NCBI GenBank assembly: GCA_964570285.1 | Contig: CAZMXP010000028.1 | Coordinates: 74-64,073 of the forward strand | Reading direction: 5' to 3' | Length of the DNA stretch: 64,000 nucleotides | From: an uncultured Planctomycetaceae bacterium | GTDB lineage: Bacteria; Planctomycetota; PLA2 | Part shown: positions 9,567-21,282 of the stretch, piece after piece | Numbering within the stretch: position 1 is the first letter of the stretch | How the letters are laid out: every line of letters begins with the position of its first letter | Position numbers and translations under genes: made by a program | The notes under the pieces: generated by a model | What the model saw: only the letters and a program-made list of their open reading frames with translations | Databases searched by the model: none | What the model was told of the DNA's origin: nothing

Positions 9567-10316
9567 CTACCTCCCGTTCCTGTCGGACGCCGGCCGGTCC
9601 GACTCCCCTGTCATCGGGACGAAACGCACCGGCAGGTCGCGCCGCACGAGGAAGCCCTCCTGCGTACGGGTCACGACGATCAGATCCTGCTCCTCGTCCC
9701 CCACCGGCGCGACCAGCACGCCACCGACGCGCAACTGCTCCTTCAGCGGCTCGGGCACCTGCGGCGGCGCCGCCGTCAGGATGATCGCGTCGAACGGCGC
9801 CGCCTCGGCCCAACCGCGGTAGCCGTCGCCGCAGCGCACGTGCACGCGCCCGTACCCGGTTCGCGCCAGATCCTCCTGCGCGCGGTGCGCCAGCGGTTCG
9901 AGGATCTCGATCGTGTAGACCTCCGCGGCGATCTCCGCGAGCACGGCGGCGCCGTACCCCGACCCGGTCCCGATCTCGAGCACGCGTCCCTCCCGCGGGA
10001 TGCAGGCAAGTTCCGCCATGTAGGCGACGATGTAGGGCTGGCTGATCGTCTGCCCCTCGCCGATCGGCAGCGGACGGTCCTCGTAGGCGCGCGCGCGGAG
10101 CGCCTGGGGCACGAATTCGTGGCGCGGCACCTTGCGCATCGCGGCCAGCACGCGGGGATCGGCTACGCCGCGGATCGCGATCTGCGAACGCACCATCCGC
10201 TCCCGGGCGGATCGAAGGGGGTCGGGGGGATCGGGCTGCCGGCGCTCCTTGTTGCACGCGAAGGCGAGCAGCGCCGCGACGCACAGGGACCGGACCGCCG
10301 CCCCCGCGCCCCCCAT
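9567..10316 (-). CDS. pcm: Protein-L-isoaspartate O-methyltransferase (with N-terminal lipoprotein-type signal)
   Basis: Motifs RHEFVP, GQTISQPYIVAYM and VLEIGTGSGYGAAVLA (SAM-binding). Confidence 0.85.
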   Translation of the reverse strand: MGGAGAAVRSLCVAALLAFACNKERRQPDPPDPLRSARERMVRSQIAIRGVADPRVLAAMRKVPRHEFVPQALRARAYEDRPLPIGEGQTISQPYIVAYMAELACIPREGRVLEIGTGSGYGAAVLAEIAAEVYTIEILEPLAHRAQEDLARTGYGRVHVRCGDGYRGWAEAAPFDAIILTAAPPQVPEPLKEQLRVGGVLVAPVGDEEQDLIVVTRTQEGFLVRRDLPVRFVPMTGESDRPASDRNGR

Positions 10317-10792
10317 CAGTGTTTTTTCGCAGGCGGCGCGGCCGGCTTCTTCGGCGGCGCCGGGGGAGGAGGCGGCTTGCCGATCTCGGCGAGGGCCGCC
10401 GCGTGGCCGCGCTTCTGCGCCAGCACGGACTTGAGCAGCGCATGGACCCGGGCGTCGTCCCGCACCAGGTCGAGTTCGCGCTCGATCTCGGCGGCGGCCC
10501 TCCCGGTCTGCTCGGCGGCGAGGCGCGCGAGATAGCGGACGTCGAGGTAGTTGAGGTCGACGTTCCAGTAGGGGAAGACGCCGACGGTCGGCACGCCGTC
10601 GAGGGCGGCGATCAGGTCGGTGAGACGGTGCGAGGTCGCCGTCTCCTCGTCGCGCATCGTCCGGAGCGCCGACATCTGCGCGTCGAACCCCGCGGGGACG
10701 TAGGGCACCGCGATCTCGATGTACTGCAGGACCGAGTTGACCGTCTCGTGCAGCACGCGGTTCAGCACGTCCACCTTCGCGGCCGCGTCCAT
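10316..10792 (-). CDS. Hypothetical protein, last gene of the nuo operon, with a Pro/Lys-rich C-terminal tail
   Basis: In-frame ATG (MDAAAKVDVL...) 2 nt after the nuoN stop. Coding-like codon usage. Its stop overlaps the pcm start (TGATG). Tail is PPPPAPPKKPAAPPAKKH. Confidence 0.5.
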   Translation of the reverse strand: MDAAAKVDVLNRVLHETVNSVLQYIEIAVPYVPAGFDAQMSALRTMRDEETATSHRLTDLIAALDGVPTVGVFPYWNVDLNYLDVRYLARLAAEQTGRAAAEIERELDLVRDDARVHALLKSVLAQKRGHAAALAEIGKPPPPPAPPKKPAAPPAKKH

Positions 10793-10794
10793 GG

Positions 10795-12327
10795 CTAGAA
10801 GACCCCCCGCGTGAGCCCCTCGGCGAGCCCCCAGAGGCCGCCGAAGGCGAGGCCGAGCACGAGCACCGGCACCGTCACGGCGAGCGTCAGGCCCCGGTCC
10901 ACGCCGGCGAAGGCCACCGTGACGGGCGGGACGCGCTCGGCGTCGAAGAGGTACATCACCTTCAGGAACCGCGCGTAGTAGTAGAGCGAGACGACGCCGT
11001 TCAGCAGGCCGATGACGCCCCCCCAGAAGAAGAGCATCGAGCCGTGGGCGCCGCTGTAGTTGAAGACCTCGCGGAAGAGGAAGAGCTTGCCGACGAACCC
11101 TCCGGTGGGCGGCAGGCCCGTGAGGCCGATCAGGCAGGTGGCCATGCAGACGCCGAGCAGCGGGGCGCGGAATCCGAGCCCCTCGAACGCGTCGATGTCG
11201 GTGCGGCCGGTCGCGCGCTCGACGATGCCGACGATCGTGAAGGCGCCGAGCGTCATGAAGAGGTAGACGACCATGTAGAAGACGACCGCCGCGGCGCCGC
11301 TGTGCGTCGTCACGCAGACGCCGAGCAGCAGGTAGCCCGCGTGGGCGATCGCGCTGTAGGCGAGAAGCCGCTTGCTGTTGTGCTGCCGCAGCGCGGCGAC
11401 GTTGCCGACCGTCATGGTGACGAGCGCCATCAGCAGCAGCACGGTGCGCACCGTCTCGTTGTTGGCCGCGAGCGCGTCGGTAAGACCCTGGCCGCCGCCG
11501 GTGACGGCGCCGACGACGCGGAGCACCGCCGCGAACCCCGCCCCCTTCGCCGCGACGGCGAGGAACGCGGCGACCGAGGTCGGCGCGCCCTGGTAGACGT
11601 CGGGGCACCAGAACTGGAAGGGGGCCGCCGCGATCTTGTAGGCGAGCCCCGCGAAGACCATCACGATCGCGACGAGGAACGCGGGCGACGCGCTCGCCGC
11701 GCCCGCGACCGACTGCAGCGAGCGGAACGACTGCCCGTCGGGCGTGGAGATCGTGGCGGTGCCGGCGAACCCGTAGAGCAGGGTCATGCCGTAGAGCATC
11801 AGACCCGACGAGATCGCCCCGAAGATCACGTACTTCAGCGCGGCCTCGCTGCCCTGCACGTCCGACTTGCGGAAGCCGGCGAGCAGGTACCCCGCGATCG
11901 AGAGCAGCTCGATCGACACGAAGAGCATCGCGAGGTCGTTGCTCGCGGCGGTGAAGCAGGCGCCGAGGACCGCACCGAGCAGCACGACGAAGAACTCCGT
12001 GCGGGAGCGCCGGACGTCGCCGCGGATCGCCGCGACGGCGGCGATCATCCCGGTGCCGAGCACGAGCACGCGGAACGCCTTCGCGAGGCCGTCGGCGCGC
12101 AGGAGCTTCGTCGTGATCGCGCCCTCCGACCAGGGCTGGCCGAGCGCGACGAAGAAGGCGAGCACGAGGGAACCCAGCGCCAGCGCGCTCGCCACGCCCT
12201 CGCGCCGCCCGCGGCCCGCCAGCAGGTCGGCGAGCAGGATCAGCGGCACCGCGGCGCAGAGCAGCGTCTCCGGCAGGAAGTGCCGGAGGAGGCCGGAGAG
12301 GTCGGGGATGAGCTGGCTCGCGAGCAT
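10795..12327 (-). CDS. nuoN: NADH-quinone oxidoreductase subunit N
   Basis: 510-aa polytopic antiporter-like subunit, last of the nuoL, nuoM, nuoN run. Confidence 0.9.
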   Translation of the reverse strand: MLASQLIPDLSGLLRHFLPETLLCAAVPLILLADLLAGRGRREGVASALALGSLVLAFFVALGQPWSEGAITTKLLRADGLAKAFRVLVLGTGMIAAVAAIRGDVRRSRTEFFVVLLGAVLGACFTAASNDLAMLFVSIELLSIAGYLLAGFRKSDVQGSEAALKYVIFGAISSGLMLYGMTLLYGFAGTATISTPDGQSFRSLQSVAGAASASPAFLVAIVMVFAGLAYKIAAAPFQFWCPDVYQGAPTSVAAFLAVAAKGAGFAAVLRVVGAVTGGGQGLTDALAANNETVRTVLLLMALVTMTVGNVAALRQHNSKRLLAYSAIAHAGYLLLGVCVTTHSGAAAVVFYMVVYLFMTLGAFTIVGIVERATGRTDIDAFEGLGFRAPLLGVCMATCLIGLTGLPPTGGFVGKLFLFREVFNYSGAHGSMLFFWGGVIGLLNGVVSLYYYARFLKVMYLFDAERVPPVTVAFAGVDRGLTLAVTVPVLVLGLAFGGLWGLAEGLTRGVF

Positions 12328-12333
12328 CCGTCC

Positions 12334-13875
<1,542 letters not shown>

Positions 13876-13884
13876 GCGTCCTGC

Positions 13885-15882
13885 CTACATCCAGAGGAGC
13901 ACGAGGAGGACGAGGGCCGTGGCCCCGACCGCCATCGCGACATAGTTTCGGATCTTTCCGGTCTGCGCGGACGCCACGACGGCGCCCGCGCCCTGCGCCG
14001 AGTCGGCGGTGAGATGCACGAGGCCGTCCACGACCACCTTGTCGGTGTCGCCGCTGACGTCCCCCAGCAGCAGCCCGCCTCGCCCGGAGACGTTCACGAG
14101 GCCGTCCACGATGTTCGCGTCCGCCCACGCGCACGCGGCGGCGGCGCGGTGCGAGGGCGCCACCCATCCGTCGAGGTACATCTCGTCCATGTAGAACTTC
14201 CCCGCGGAGAGATCGTGGAGGGGCCCGGGGAGGAGGACGGACTTCTCGTCGCGGCGGCCGGAGGCGAAGAGCGCGAGGCCGACGCCGATGCCGACGCCGC
14301 CGAGGCACATCGCGAGCGCGGTGAACCAGCCCGGATGGGCGTGGTGCTCCAGGTGGGCGCCGGGCGCGACGTAGGCGTGCGCGTTCGAGGCCGTCGCGGG
14401 GAAGTCGCGGTAGTGCGCGGGCGTGCGGAAGAACTTCTCCGCGAACCCCGTGCTCTGGAAGGTGATGCCGAAGGAGAGCACCGCGAGGATCACGAGAGGC
14501 ACGGTCATCGCCGCCGGCGACTCGTGGGCGTGGTCGTACTTGTGCTCGTTCTTGGGCTTGCCGCAGAAGCAGAGCCAGACGAGGCGCGTCATGTAGAAGG
14601 CCGTCAGGAAGGCCGCGAACACGCCGGTCCAGAAGAGCACGGAATGGCCGCCCTCGAGCGCGGAGAGCAGGATCGCGTCCTTGCTGTAGAAGCCGCTCAT
14701 CAGCGGCAGGCCCGCGAGCGCGAGCGTCGCGATCGCGAACGTGACGAAGGTGACCGGCATCTTCTTCCGCAGCCCGCCCATGTCCTTCAGGTCCTGGGCG
14801 TGGTGCATCGCGTGGATCACCGAGCCCGACCCGAGGAAGAGGCACGCCTTGAAGAAGGCGTGCGTCGTCAGGTGGAACATCGCCGCCCAGGGGGCCCCGC
14901 ACCCCACCCCCATCATCATGAACCCGAGCTGGCTGATCGTGCTGTAGGCCAGCACCTTCTTGATGTCGGTCTGCGTGACCGCGATCAGCGCCGCGAGCAG
15001 CGCCGTGACGCCGCCGGTCCACGCGATGAAGCCGAGCGCGTCCGGCGTGAAGATCGGGAACATGCGCGCGGCGAGGTAGACGCCCGCCGCGACCATCGTC
15101 GCCGCGTGGATCAGCGCGCTCACCGGCGTGGGGCCCGCCATCGCGTCCGGCAGCCAGACCTGCAGCGGGAACTGCGCCGACTTGCCGACGGCGCCGAAGA
15201 AGAGGCCGATGCCCGCCCACGTGAGCAGCGAGCCGCCCAGGCTGCCCGCCTTGACCGCGGCGAAGATGCCCTCGAACGAGAGCGTGCCGCAGCTCGCGTA
15301 GAGCACGAGGATGCCGAGCAGCATGCCGACGTCGCCGACGCGCGTCGTGATGAAGGCCTTCTTGGCCGCCTCCGCGTTGGCGAGGTCCTCGCTCCAGAAG
15401 CCGATCAGCTTGTAGGAGCAGAGGCCGACGAGCTCCCATCCGATGAAGAGCAGCAGCAGGTTGTCCGCGAGCGTCAGGATCAGCATCGCGACCGCGAAGA
15501 AGGAGAGCCAGAAGAAGAAGCGGTCGTACTTCTTGTCGCCCTTCATGTAGGCGGTCGAGAAGATGAAGACGAGCGCGGCGACGAGCGTGACGACGCAGAG
15601 CAGCGCCGCGGTGAGGCCGTCGACGAGAAGGCCGATCTCGAACTTCGCGCCGCCGGCCAGCTCGAACCAGGTCCACGTGGAGCGGAAGTAGCCGCCCGCG
15701 GGGAGGCCCGCCCAGGCCCCGAGCGTCACGAGGCTGAGCAGCAGCGAGACGAGGATCCCGCCGACGACGACGAGGTCGCCCTTGCGCGGCAGCGACTTGC
15801 CGAAGAAGTTCTGCACGAGCCCGGCGAGCGCGGGGGCGAGGATGATCCAGGGAACGTAGCCGGGAGTGGGTTGCACCGTCAT
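13885..15882 (-). CDS. nuoL: NADH-quinone oxidoreductase subunit L
   Basis: 665 aa; WLPDAMAGPTPVSALIHAATMV motif and a long C-terminal helix region. Confidence 0.9.
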   Translation of the reverse strand: MTVQPTPGYVPWIILAPALAGLVQNFFGKSLPRKGDLVVVGGILVSLLLSLVTLGAWAGLPAGGYFRSTWTWFELAGGAKFEIGLLVDGLTAALLCVVTLVAALVFIFSTAYMKGDKKYDRFFFWLSFFAVAMLILTLADNLLLLFIGWELVGLCSYKLIGFWSEDLANAEAAKKAFITTRVGDVGMLLGILVLYASCGTLSFEGIFAAVKAGSLGGSLLTWAGIGLFFGAVGKSAQFPLQVWLPDAMAGPTPVSALIHAATMVAAGVYLAARMFPIFTPDALGFIAWTGGVTALLAALIAVTQTDIKKVLAYSTISQLGFMMMGVGCGAPWAAMFHLTTHAFFKACLFLGSGSVIHAMHHAQDLKDMGGLRKKMPVTFVTFAIATLALAGLPLMSGFYSKDAILLSALEGGHSVLFWTGVFAAFLTAFYMTRLVWLCFCGKPKNEHKYDHAHESPAAMTVPLVILAVLSFGITFQSTGFAEKFFRTPAHYRDFPATASNAHAYVAPGAHLEHHAHPGWFTALAMCLGGVGIGVGLALFASGRRDEKSVLLPGPLHDLSAGKFYMDEMYLDGWVAPSHRAAAACAWADANIVDGLVNVSGRGGLLLGDVSGDTDKVVVDGLVHLTADSAQGAGAVVASAQTGKIRNYVAMAVGATALVLLVLLWM

Positions 15883-16178
15883 CCCCTGAGCGAGTTGGCG
15901 CGGTCGACGTCCACGTCCCGCCGCTTGTCGAAGAGTTGGAGGATGATCGCGAGGCCGACGGCGGCTTCCGCCGCGGCCAGCACGATCACGAAGATCGCGA
16001 AGACCTGCGCATCGAGGCCTCCCCCGAATCGGCTGAACCCGACGAGGTTGACGTTTGCCGCGTTCAGCATCAGCTCGACGCCGATCAGGAGTCCGATCGC
16101 GTGGCGCCGCGTGACGACGGTGAGCACGCCGGTCGCGAGCAGCGCCGCCCCGAGGCCGAGGAAGTGGTAGAGGTTCAC
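15879..16178 (-). CDS. nuoK: NADH-quinone oxidoreductase subunit K
   Basis: 99-aa three-TM subunit. ATGA overlap with nuoL. Confidence 0.9.
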   Translation of the reverse strand: MNLYHFLGLGAALLATGVLTVVTRRHAIGLLIGVELMLNAANVNLVGFSRFGGGLDAQVFAIFVIVLAAAEAAVGLAIILQLFDKRRDVDVDRANSLRG

Positions 16179-16675
16179 GCCTCCGCCCTCCGCACGAGGT
16201 AGGCGGCGCCGACCAGCGCGACGAGCAGCACGATCGACGCGAACTCGAACGCGAGGATGTAGTCGCCGAGCAGCAGCGTCCCGATCTCCTCGGTCGAGTC
16301 CGCCGCGGCGGGCGTCTCGCCCGGGTGGAACTGCGAGGTCGCGGCGATCGCCTTCATGAGCCCGAGGAAGAGGATCGCGGCGATCGCGAGGCCCGCCTTG
16401 CGGTTCTTCACCTCGGCGGCACCCAGGGTGAGCGCGGTCCGGCCGGTGAGCAGCACGCCGAACGCGATCAGCACGAGCACGCCGCCGACGTAGACGACGA
16501 TCTGCGTGATCGCGAGGAAGGTCGCCCCGGCCATCGCGTAGATCGCCGCCACGCCGACGAACGAGAGCATCAGGCTGAAGACGGCGTGGACGATGCGGGG
16601 CAGGAGCGCCGCCATGAGGCCCCCGGCGACCGCCATGCCCGCGAAGATCCAGAAGAGCAGCGTCTCGATCCCCAT
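16175..16675 (-). CDS. nuoJ: NADH-quinone oxidoreductase subunit J
   Basis: 166-aa membrane subunit (MGIETLLFWIFAGMAVAGG...) taken from ORF 16175..16978 at an internal Met. Confidence 0.85.
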   Translation of the reverse strand: MGIETLLFWIFAGMAVAGGLMAALLPRIVHAVFSLMLSFVGVAAIYAMAGATFLAITQIVVYVGGVLVLIAFGVLLTGRTALTLGAAEVKNRKAGLAIAAILFLGLMKAIAATSQFHPGETPAAADSTEEIGTLLLGDYILAFEFASIVLLVALVGAAYLVRRAEA

Positions 16676-16677
16676 GC

Positions 16678-17154
16678 CTATTTCCTCGCGTACGTAGCCA
16701 GCGGGTAGGGGATCTTCTCCTCGCCGCTGAAGGTGCGCGGATTCTCGCGGTCGGCGTAGTCGATGATGCACTCGTCGCGGGTGTAGCCGACGAGGTTGAA
16801 GGTCGGGCCCATGTGGATGCATTCGGTGGGGCAGGGCTCGCAGCAGAGCGCGCAGAAGAGGCACTTCGTGTAGTCGATCTCGAACTTGAGCAGGCGGGCG
16901 TGCTTGCCCTTCGCCTCCGCCTCGATCAGGATGCAGTCCACGGGACAGATCTTCGCGCACTGGTCGCAGGCGATGCACTTGTCGATCTCGAAGTTGTGCA
17001 GGCCGCGCTCGGTCGGCGGCAACTCCTGGACCTCCTCGGGGTACTGGAGCGTGTAGGGCCGCCTGAAGATGTAGGGGACGGTGATCGTCAGCCCGATCCA
17101 GGTCGTCTTGAGCCCTTGGAGGACCCCTTGGGCCCAGCGGCGGAGGTGGCTCAT
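16678..17154 (-). CDS. nuoI: NADH-quinone oxidoreductase subunit I (2x[4Fe-4S] ferredoxin)
   Basis: Two CxxCxxCxxxCP motifs (CIACDQCAKICP and CLFCALCCEPCP). Confidence 0.9.
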   Translation of the reverse strand: MSHLRRWAQGVLQGLKTTWIGLTITVPYIFRRPYTLQYPEEVQELPPTERGLHNFEIDKCIACDQCAKICPVDCILIEAEAKGKHARLLKFEIDYTKCLFCALCCEPCPTECIHMGPTFNLVGYTRDECIIDYADRENPRTFSGEEKIPYPLATYARK

Positions 17155-18197
17155 CCGATCAACCTCAGCGCGGCCGTCAGCACGAGGCAGGCCATCGCGA
17201 TGGGGAGCAGGACTTTGTAGCAGAGGTACATGACCTGGTCGATGCGCAGCCGCGGGAGCGTCCAGCGCAGCACGATCTGCGACAGGAAGAGGAAGGTCGC
17301 CTTCAGGAAGAACCAGAGCAGGCCCCACCAGAGCACCCCGTCGAAGACGGCGCCGGGGGCGGAGAGCCCCATCGGGTCGTGGTAGCCGCCGAGGAAGAGA
17401 GCCGCCGAGACGCCCGAGAGGGAGAGCATCAGCGCGTACTCCGGCAGGAAGAACATCCCGAAGCGCATGCCGGAATACTCGGTGTGGAAGCCCGCCGTGA
17501 GCTCCGACTCCGCCTCGGGGAGGTCGAAAGGCGCGCGCTTGGCCGCCGCGAGTCCCGCCACATAGAAGAGGAGGAAGGCGGGCACCATCGCGAGCGCGTA
17601 GTAGCCGTTCCGGATGATCATCCAGTTCCAGATCGGCCCCGCCTGCGCCTCGGTGATCGTCACGAGGGAGAGGCTGCCGACCGCGAGCACCGGGCACATC
17701 GCCGCGATGCCGAGGGGCAACTCGTAGCTGACGACCTGCGCGACCTCGCGCATCGAGCCGAGCAGGCTCCACTTGTTGTTCGACGACCAGCCCGCCATCA
17801 CGATGCCGATCGTCTCGAGGGCGATCAGGCTCAGGAAGAAGAAGATGCCCACGTCGAGGTCGGCGGGCACGAGCCCGGGCGCGAAGGGCAGCACGACGAA
17901 CCCCGCGAACGCGGCGAGGAAGACGACGTAGGGGGCGAAGCGGAAGATCGCCCCGTCGGCGCCGCGATGGACGATGTCCTCCTTCGCGAGCAGCTTCACG
18001 CCGTCCGCGAGGCTCTGCAGGAGCCCGTAGGGGCCGACGCGGTTGGGCCCGCGCCGGTGCTGCATGCGGCCGCAGATCTTGCGCTCGAGGTAGACGCCGC
18101 CGAGGCCGACCGGCGTCACGACCAGCAGCAGCACCCCGCTCGCGACGACGAGCATGCCGATCGCGTGGAAGAGCCAGTTCGACTCGAGGCCCGTCAT
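17151..18197 (-). CDS. nuoH: NADH-quinone oxidoreductase subunit H. An alternative GTG start at 18251 would overlap the nuoD stop (GTGA).
   Basis: RRGPNRVGPYGLLQ, WSSNNKWSLLG and PFDLPEAESEL motifs. Confidence 0.85.
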   Translation of the reverse strand: MTGLESNWLFHAIGMLVVASGVLLLVVTPVGLGGVYLERKICGRMQHRRGPNRVGPYGLLQSLADGVKLLAKEDIVHRGADGAIFRFAPYVVFLAAFAGFVVLPFAPGLVPADLDVGIFFFLSLIALETIGIVMAGWSSNNKWSLLGSMREVAQVVSYELPLGIAAMCPVLAVGSLSLVTITEAQAGPIWNWMIIRNGYYALAMVPAFLLFYVAGLAAAKRAPFDLPEAESELTAGFHTEYSGMRFGMFFLPEYALMLSLSGVSAALFLGGYHDPMGLSAPGAVFDGVLWWGLLWFFLKATFLFLSQIVLRWTLPRLRIDQVMYLCYKVLLPIAMACLVLTAALRLIG

Positions 18198-18247
18198 GTC
18201 CGCGAGCAGGTTCGCGATCGAGGTCGAGAGCGGGGCCGCCTTCGCGA

Positions 18248-19429
18248 TCACCGGTCCACCTCGCCGAGCGTGATGTCGATCGAGCCGATCAGCGCGATCA
18301 GGTCCCCGATCAGGAGGCCGCGCGCCGTCTCCGTGATCACCGCGATGTTGTAGAACGACGGCCCCCGCATGCGCACGCGATAGGGGTTCTTGCCGCCGTC
18401 CGACACGAAGTAGCAGGAGATCTCGCCGCGCGGCGCCTCGGAGGCGACATAGGCCTCGCCCGGCGGCGCCTTCCACCCGCGCGAGACCTTCGCGTTGCTG
18501 ACCTCGCCCGCGGGCAGGCGCTCGACCCCCTGCCGGATGATCTTGATGCTCTCCTCGAGCTCGAGCAGGCGCTGCCGGTGGCGGTTCCACGCGTCGCCGA
18601 CGACGCCGTGCTCGAACGGCCCGACCGGAACCTTGAACTCGAAGTCCTCGTAGGACGAGTAGGGCAGGTCGCGCCGCGTGTCGCGCGGCACGCCGGCGGC
18701 GCGCAGCACCGGTCCGGTGACGCCGTAGCGCAGGCAGATCTCGCGGTCGAGCAGCGCGACCCCGCAGGTGCGGTTCAGGAAGATCTGGTTGTAGGTGAGC
18801 AGGTTGTTGTACTCGTCCATGTGCGCATCGACGCGGTCGCACCAGGCGATCACGCGCTTGCGCCAGTCATCCGAGACGTCGCGCGTGACGCCGCCGTACC
18901 GGATGTAGTGGTAGAGCAGCCGCCCGCCGGTCACCTCGTTCAGCAGCGTGATCCCCTCCTCGCGCTCGCGGAACATGTAGAGGAAGGGGGTGAAGGCCCC
19001 CATGTCGAGGCCGAACTGCCCCGCGCAGAAGAGGTGGCTGATCGCGCGGTTGATCTCGCAGAGGATCACGCGCAGGTACTGCGCGCGCTTCGGCACCTCG
19101 ATCTGGCCCGCCTTCTCGACCGAGAGCACGAGCCCCATCTCCATGTTGAGCGCGCCGAGGTAGTCCATCCGGTCGACGTAGGGCAGCCCCTGCACGTACG
19201 TGAGGTTCTCGAGGATCTTCTCGCAGCAGCGGTGCAGGTTGCCGATCAGCGGCTGGCAGGCCAGCACGACCTCGCCGTCGGTGCGCAGCACGACGCGCAG
19301 CACGCCGTGGGTGCTCGGGTGCTGCGGCCCCATGTTGAAGACCAGCTCGTCGGTCTGGATGTCGCGCGGCAGGAGCGGCGCGCTGCGCTCCCCCTCGTCG
19401 AGCTTGACGCCCTGGATCAGCGTGCTCAT
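18248..19429 (-). CDS. nuoD: NADH-quinone oxidoreductase subunit D
   Basis: 393 aa ([13 protein letters not shown]...) with a NuoD / NiFe-hydrogenase large-subunit-like fold. It is followed directly by nuoH, with no nuoE, F or G in between. Confidence 0.9.
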   Translation of the reverse strand: MSTLIQGVKLDEGERSAPLLPRDIQTDELVFNMGPQHPSTHGVLRVVLRTDGEVVLACQPLIGNLHRCCEKILENLTYVQGLPYVDRMDYLGALNMEMGLVLSVEKAGQIEVPKRAQYLRVILCEINRAISHLFCAGQFGLDMGAFTPFLYMFREREEGITLLNEVTGGRLLYHYIRYGGVTRDVSDDWRKRVIAWCDRVDAHMDEYNNLLTYNQIFLNRTCGVALLDREICLRYGVTGPVLRAAGVPRDTRRDLPYSSYEDFEFKVPVGPFEHGVVGDAWNRHRQRLLELEESIKIIRQGVERLPAGEVSNAKVSRGWKAPPGEAYVASEAPRGEISCYFVSDGGKNPYRVRMRGPSFYNIAVITETARGLLIGDLIALIGSIDITLGEVDR

Positions 19430-19887
19430 TGCGTGCAGTCCACCCCGTGGTACTCGGTCGGGAACACGTAGTCCTTCCGCAGGGGGTGCCCCTCCCAGTC
19501 CTCGGGAAGCAGGATGCGGTAGAGGTGCGGATGGCCGGCGAAGCGGATGCCGAGCAGATCCCACGTCTCGCGCTCGCCCCAGTTGGCGCTGGCCCACTCG
19601 TGCGCGAGCGTCGGCACCTCGGGATTCTCCCGCGGCACCGAGACCTTCACGCAGACAAAACCCGGCTCCTCCGAGATGCGCGCGAAGTGGTAGACGACCT
19701 CCATCCGGTCGGCGAAGTCCACCCCGCTGATCTGGTGCAGCATCTCGACGCCGCACTTCTCCCTCAGCACGCGCGACGCCGCGACGATCGCCTCCGCCTT
19801 CACGCGCACGAACGGGTGCGTCCCCTCGTCGACGACCTCCGTCACGGAGTCGCCGAGCGCTTCGCGCAGGATCTCCGCCTCCCTCAT
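19426..19887 (-). CDS. nuoC: NADH-quinone oxidoreductase subunit C
   Basis: 153 aa; motifs EVVYHF and WREREVYDLFGI-like. ATGA overlap with nuoD. Confidence 0.85.
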   Translation of the reverse strand: MREAEILREALGDSVTEVVDEGTHPFVRVKAEAIVAASRVLREKCGVEMLHQISGVDFADRMEVVYHFARISEEPGFVCVKVSVPRENPEVPTLAHEWASANWGERETWDLLGIRFAGHPHLYRILLPEDWEGHPLRKDYVFPTEYHGVDCTQ

Positions 19888-20654
19888 GTCGCCTTCTCCG
19901 CGGGAGGTTCATTCTGAGGGGGCTCGGGGGCCTTCTTGGCGGCGGCGGCCTTCGCCGCCGCAGCCTCGGCCTTGGCCTTCTTCTCGGCCTCCTCGGCGGC
20001 GCGCTTCGGATCGTCGTGGTGCAGCGCCTTCTCGGTCTTCCAAGGCTCCGCGGGCGAGAGGCCGTCGAGGACCGCCTGCCGCGAGCCCTTCTCCGGCGGT
20101 GTGAAGCCCGGGTCCTTGTTGTTGAGCCGCTTCCCGCGCGACATCACCAGTTCCTGCAGCCGCATCACGGCCTCGAGGAGCGCCTCGGGCCGCGGCGGGC
20201 AGCCGGGCAGGTAGATGTCCACGGGCACGATCTTGTCCACGCCCTTGACGACGTGGTAGCCGAACTTGAAGTAGGGCCCCCCGCCGACGGTGCAGGCACC
20301 CATCGCGATGACCCACTTCGGGTTCGACATCTGGTCCCAGAGGCGGCGCACCCGCGGCGCCATCTTGTGCGTCACCGTGCCGGCCACGATCATCACGTCC
20401 GCCTGCCGCGGCGTCGCGCGGAAGACCTCGGCGCCGAAGCGAGAGATGTCGAACTTGACCATCGCCGTCGAGATCATCTCGATCGCGCAGCAGGCGAGCC
20501 CAAACCCGAGGGGCCAGAGGGCCGACTTCCTGCCCCAGTCGATGAGCCACTCCGCCTTCGTCAGCAGGATGGTCTGCTCGAGTTCGGGGTCGAACCGCTC
20601 CGGGGGCGGCATGTAGGCCGGCCGACCCGGTCGCGCCGCCTTGGCTTCGCTCAC
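19884..20654 (-). CDS. nuoB: NADH-quinone oxidoreductase subunit B, with a Lys/Ala-rich C-terminal extension
   Basis: [13 protein letters not shown] and PGCPPRPE N2-cluster motifs. A GTG start overlaps the nuoA stop (GTGA), with an alternative ATG at 20612. The C-terminal 60 aa are a low-complexity K/A/E/P tail. Confidence 0.85.
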   Translation of the reverse strand: MSEAKAARPGRPAYMPPPERFDPELEQTILLTKAEWLIDWGRKSALWPLGFGLACCAIEMISTAMVKFDISRFGAEVFRATPRQADVMIVAGTVTHKMAPRVRRLWDQMSNPKWVIAMGACTVGGGPYFKFGYHVVKGVDKIVPVDIYLPGCPPRPEALLEAVMRLQELVMSRGKRLNNKDPGFTPPEKGSRQAVLDGLSPAEPWKTEKALHHDDPKRAAEEAEKKAKAEAAAAKAAAAKKAPEPPQNEPPAEKAT

Positions 20655-21160
20655 GCGCCCTCCTTGCCGCTTCCCACGGGTTCCGGCTCCTGGACGACCC
20701 CGCCCTCGAGCATCGCGTCGGTGAGCGCGGGCCCCGGCTTCGTGCTCGTCCAATCGAGGTCGCGCCGCTGCCAGACGTAGGCGAGGCCGATGCCGAGCAC
20801 GACGAGGAAGAGGAGCGCCTCGACGAAGGCCGCCCCCCCGGCCCCCCCCGCGATGAACTTGTCGTACGCCGCCGCCCACGGGAAGAGGAGCGCCACCTCG
20901 ATGTCGAAGATCAGGAAGATGAGGCTCAGCGTGTAGAAGCGGATGTCGAAGCGGATCCACGCGTCGCCCATCGTCGGCTCGCCGCACTCGTAGGTCTCGC
21001 CCTTCGCCCCCTGGTCGGGCTTGTGCGGGCGCCGGAGGAGCAGCTTGCCGATGACAAAGAGGTTGAGCCAAACGAAGATGGCTCCGAAAACGGCAAAGAC
21101 AAGTACGTTTCCGAAGCCCTCGAGGTGATCGGAGGCCGACACGAGCATGGGATGGTCCAC
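20651..21160 (-). CDS. nuoA: NADH-quinone oxidoreductase subunit A
   Basis: Three-TM small subunit with the conserved YECG motif. First gene of the operon. Confidence 0.8.
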   Translation of the reverse strand: MDHPMLVSASDHLEGFGNVLVFAVFGAIFVWLNLFVIGKLLLRRPHKPDQGAKGETYECGEPTMGDAWIRFDIRFYTLSLIFLIFDIEVALLFPWAAAYDKFIAGGAGGAAFVEALLFLVVLGIGLAYVWQRRDLDWTSTKPGPALTDAMLEGGVVQEPEPVGSGKEGA

Positions 21161-21282
21161 CGCGACTTGCGCGGCGGATTATGCCACCCACGCCGCGGGG
21201 GGGCCAGATATCCGCAAGTGTCGCGCCTACAACCGCTTGAGCGATTTCCGGCGCGGCCGACAAGAGGTATACTGGGGTACCG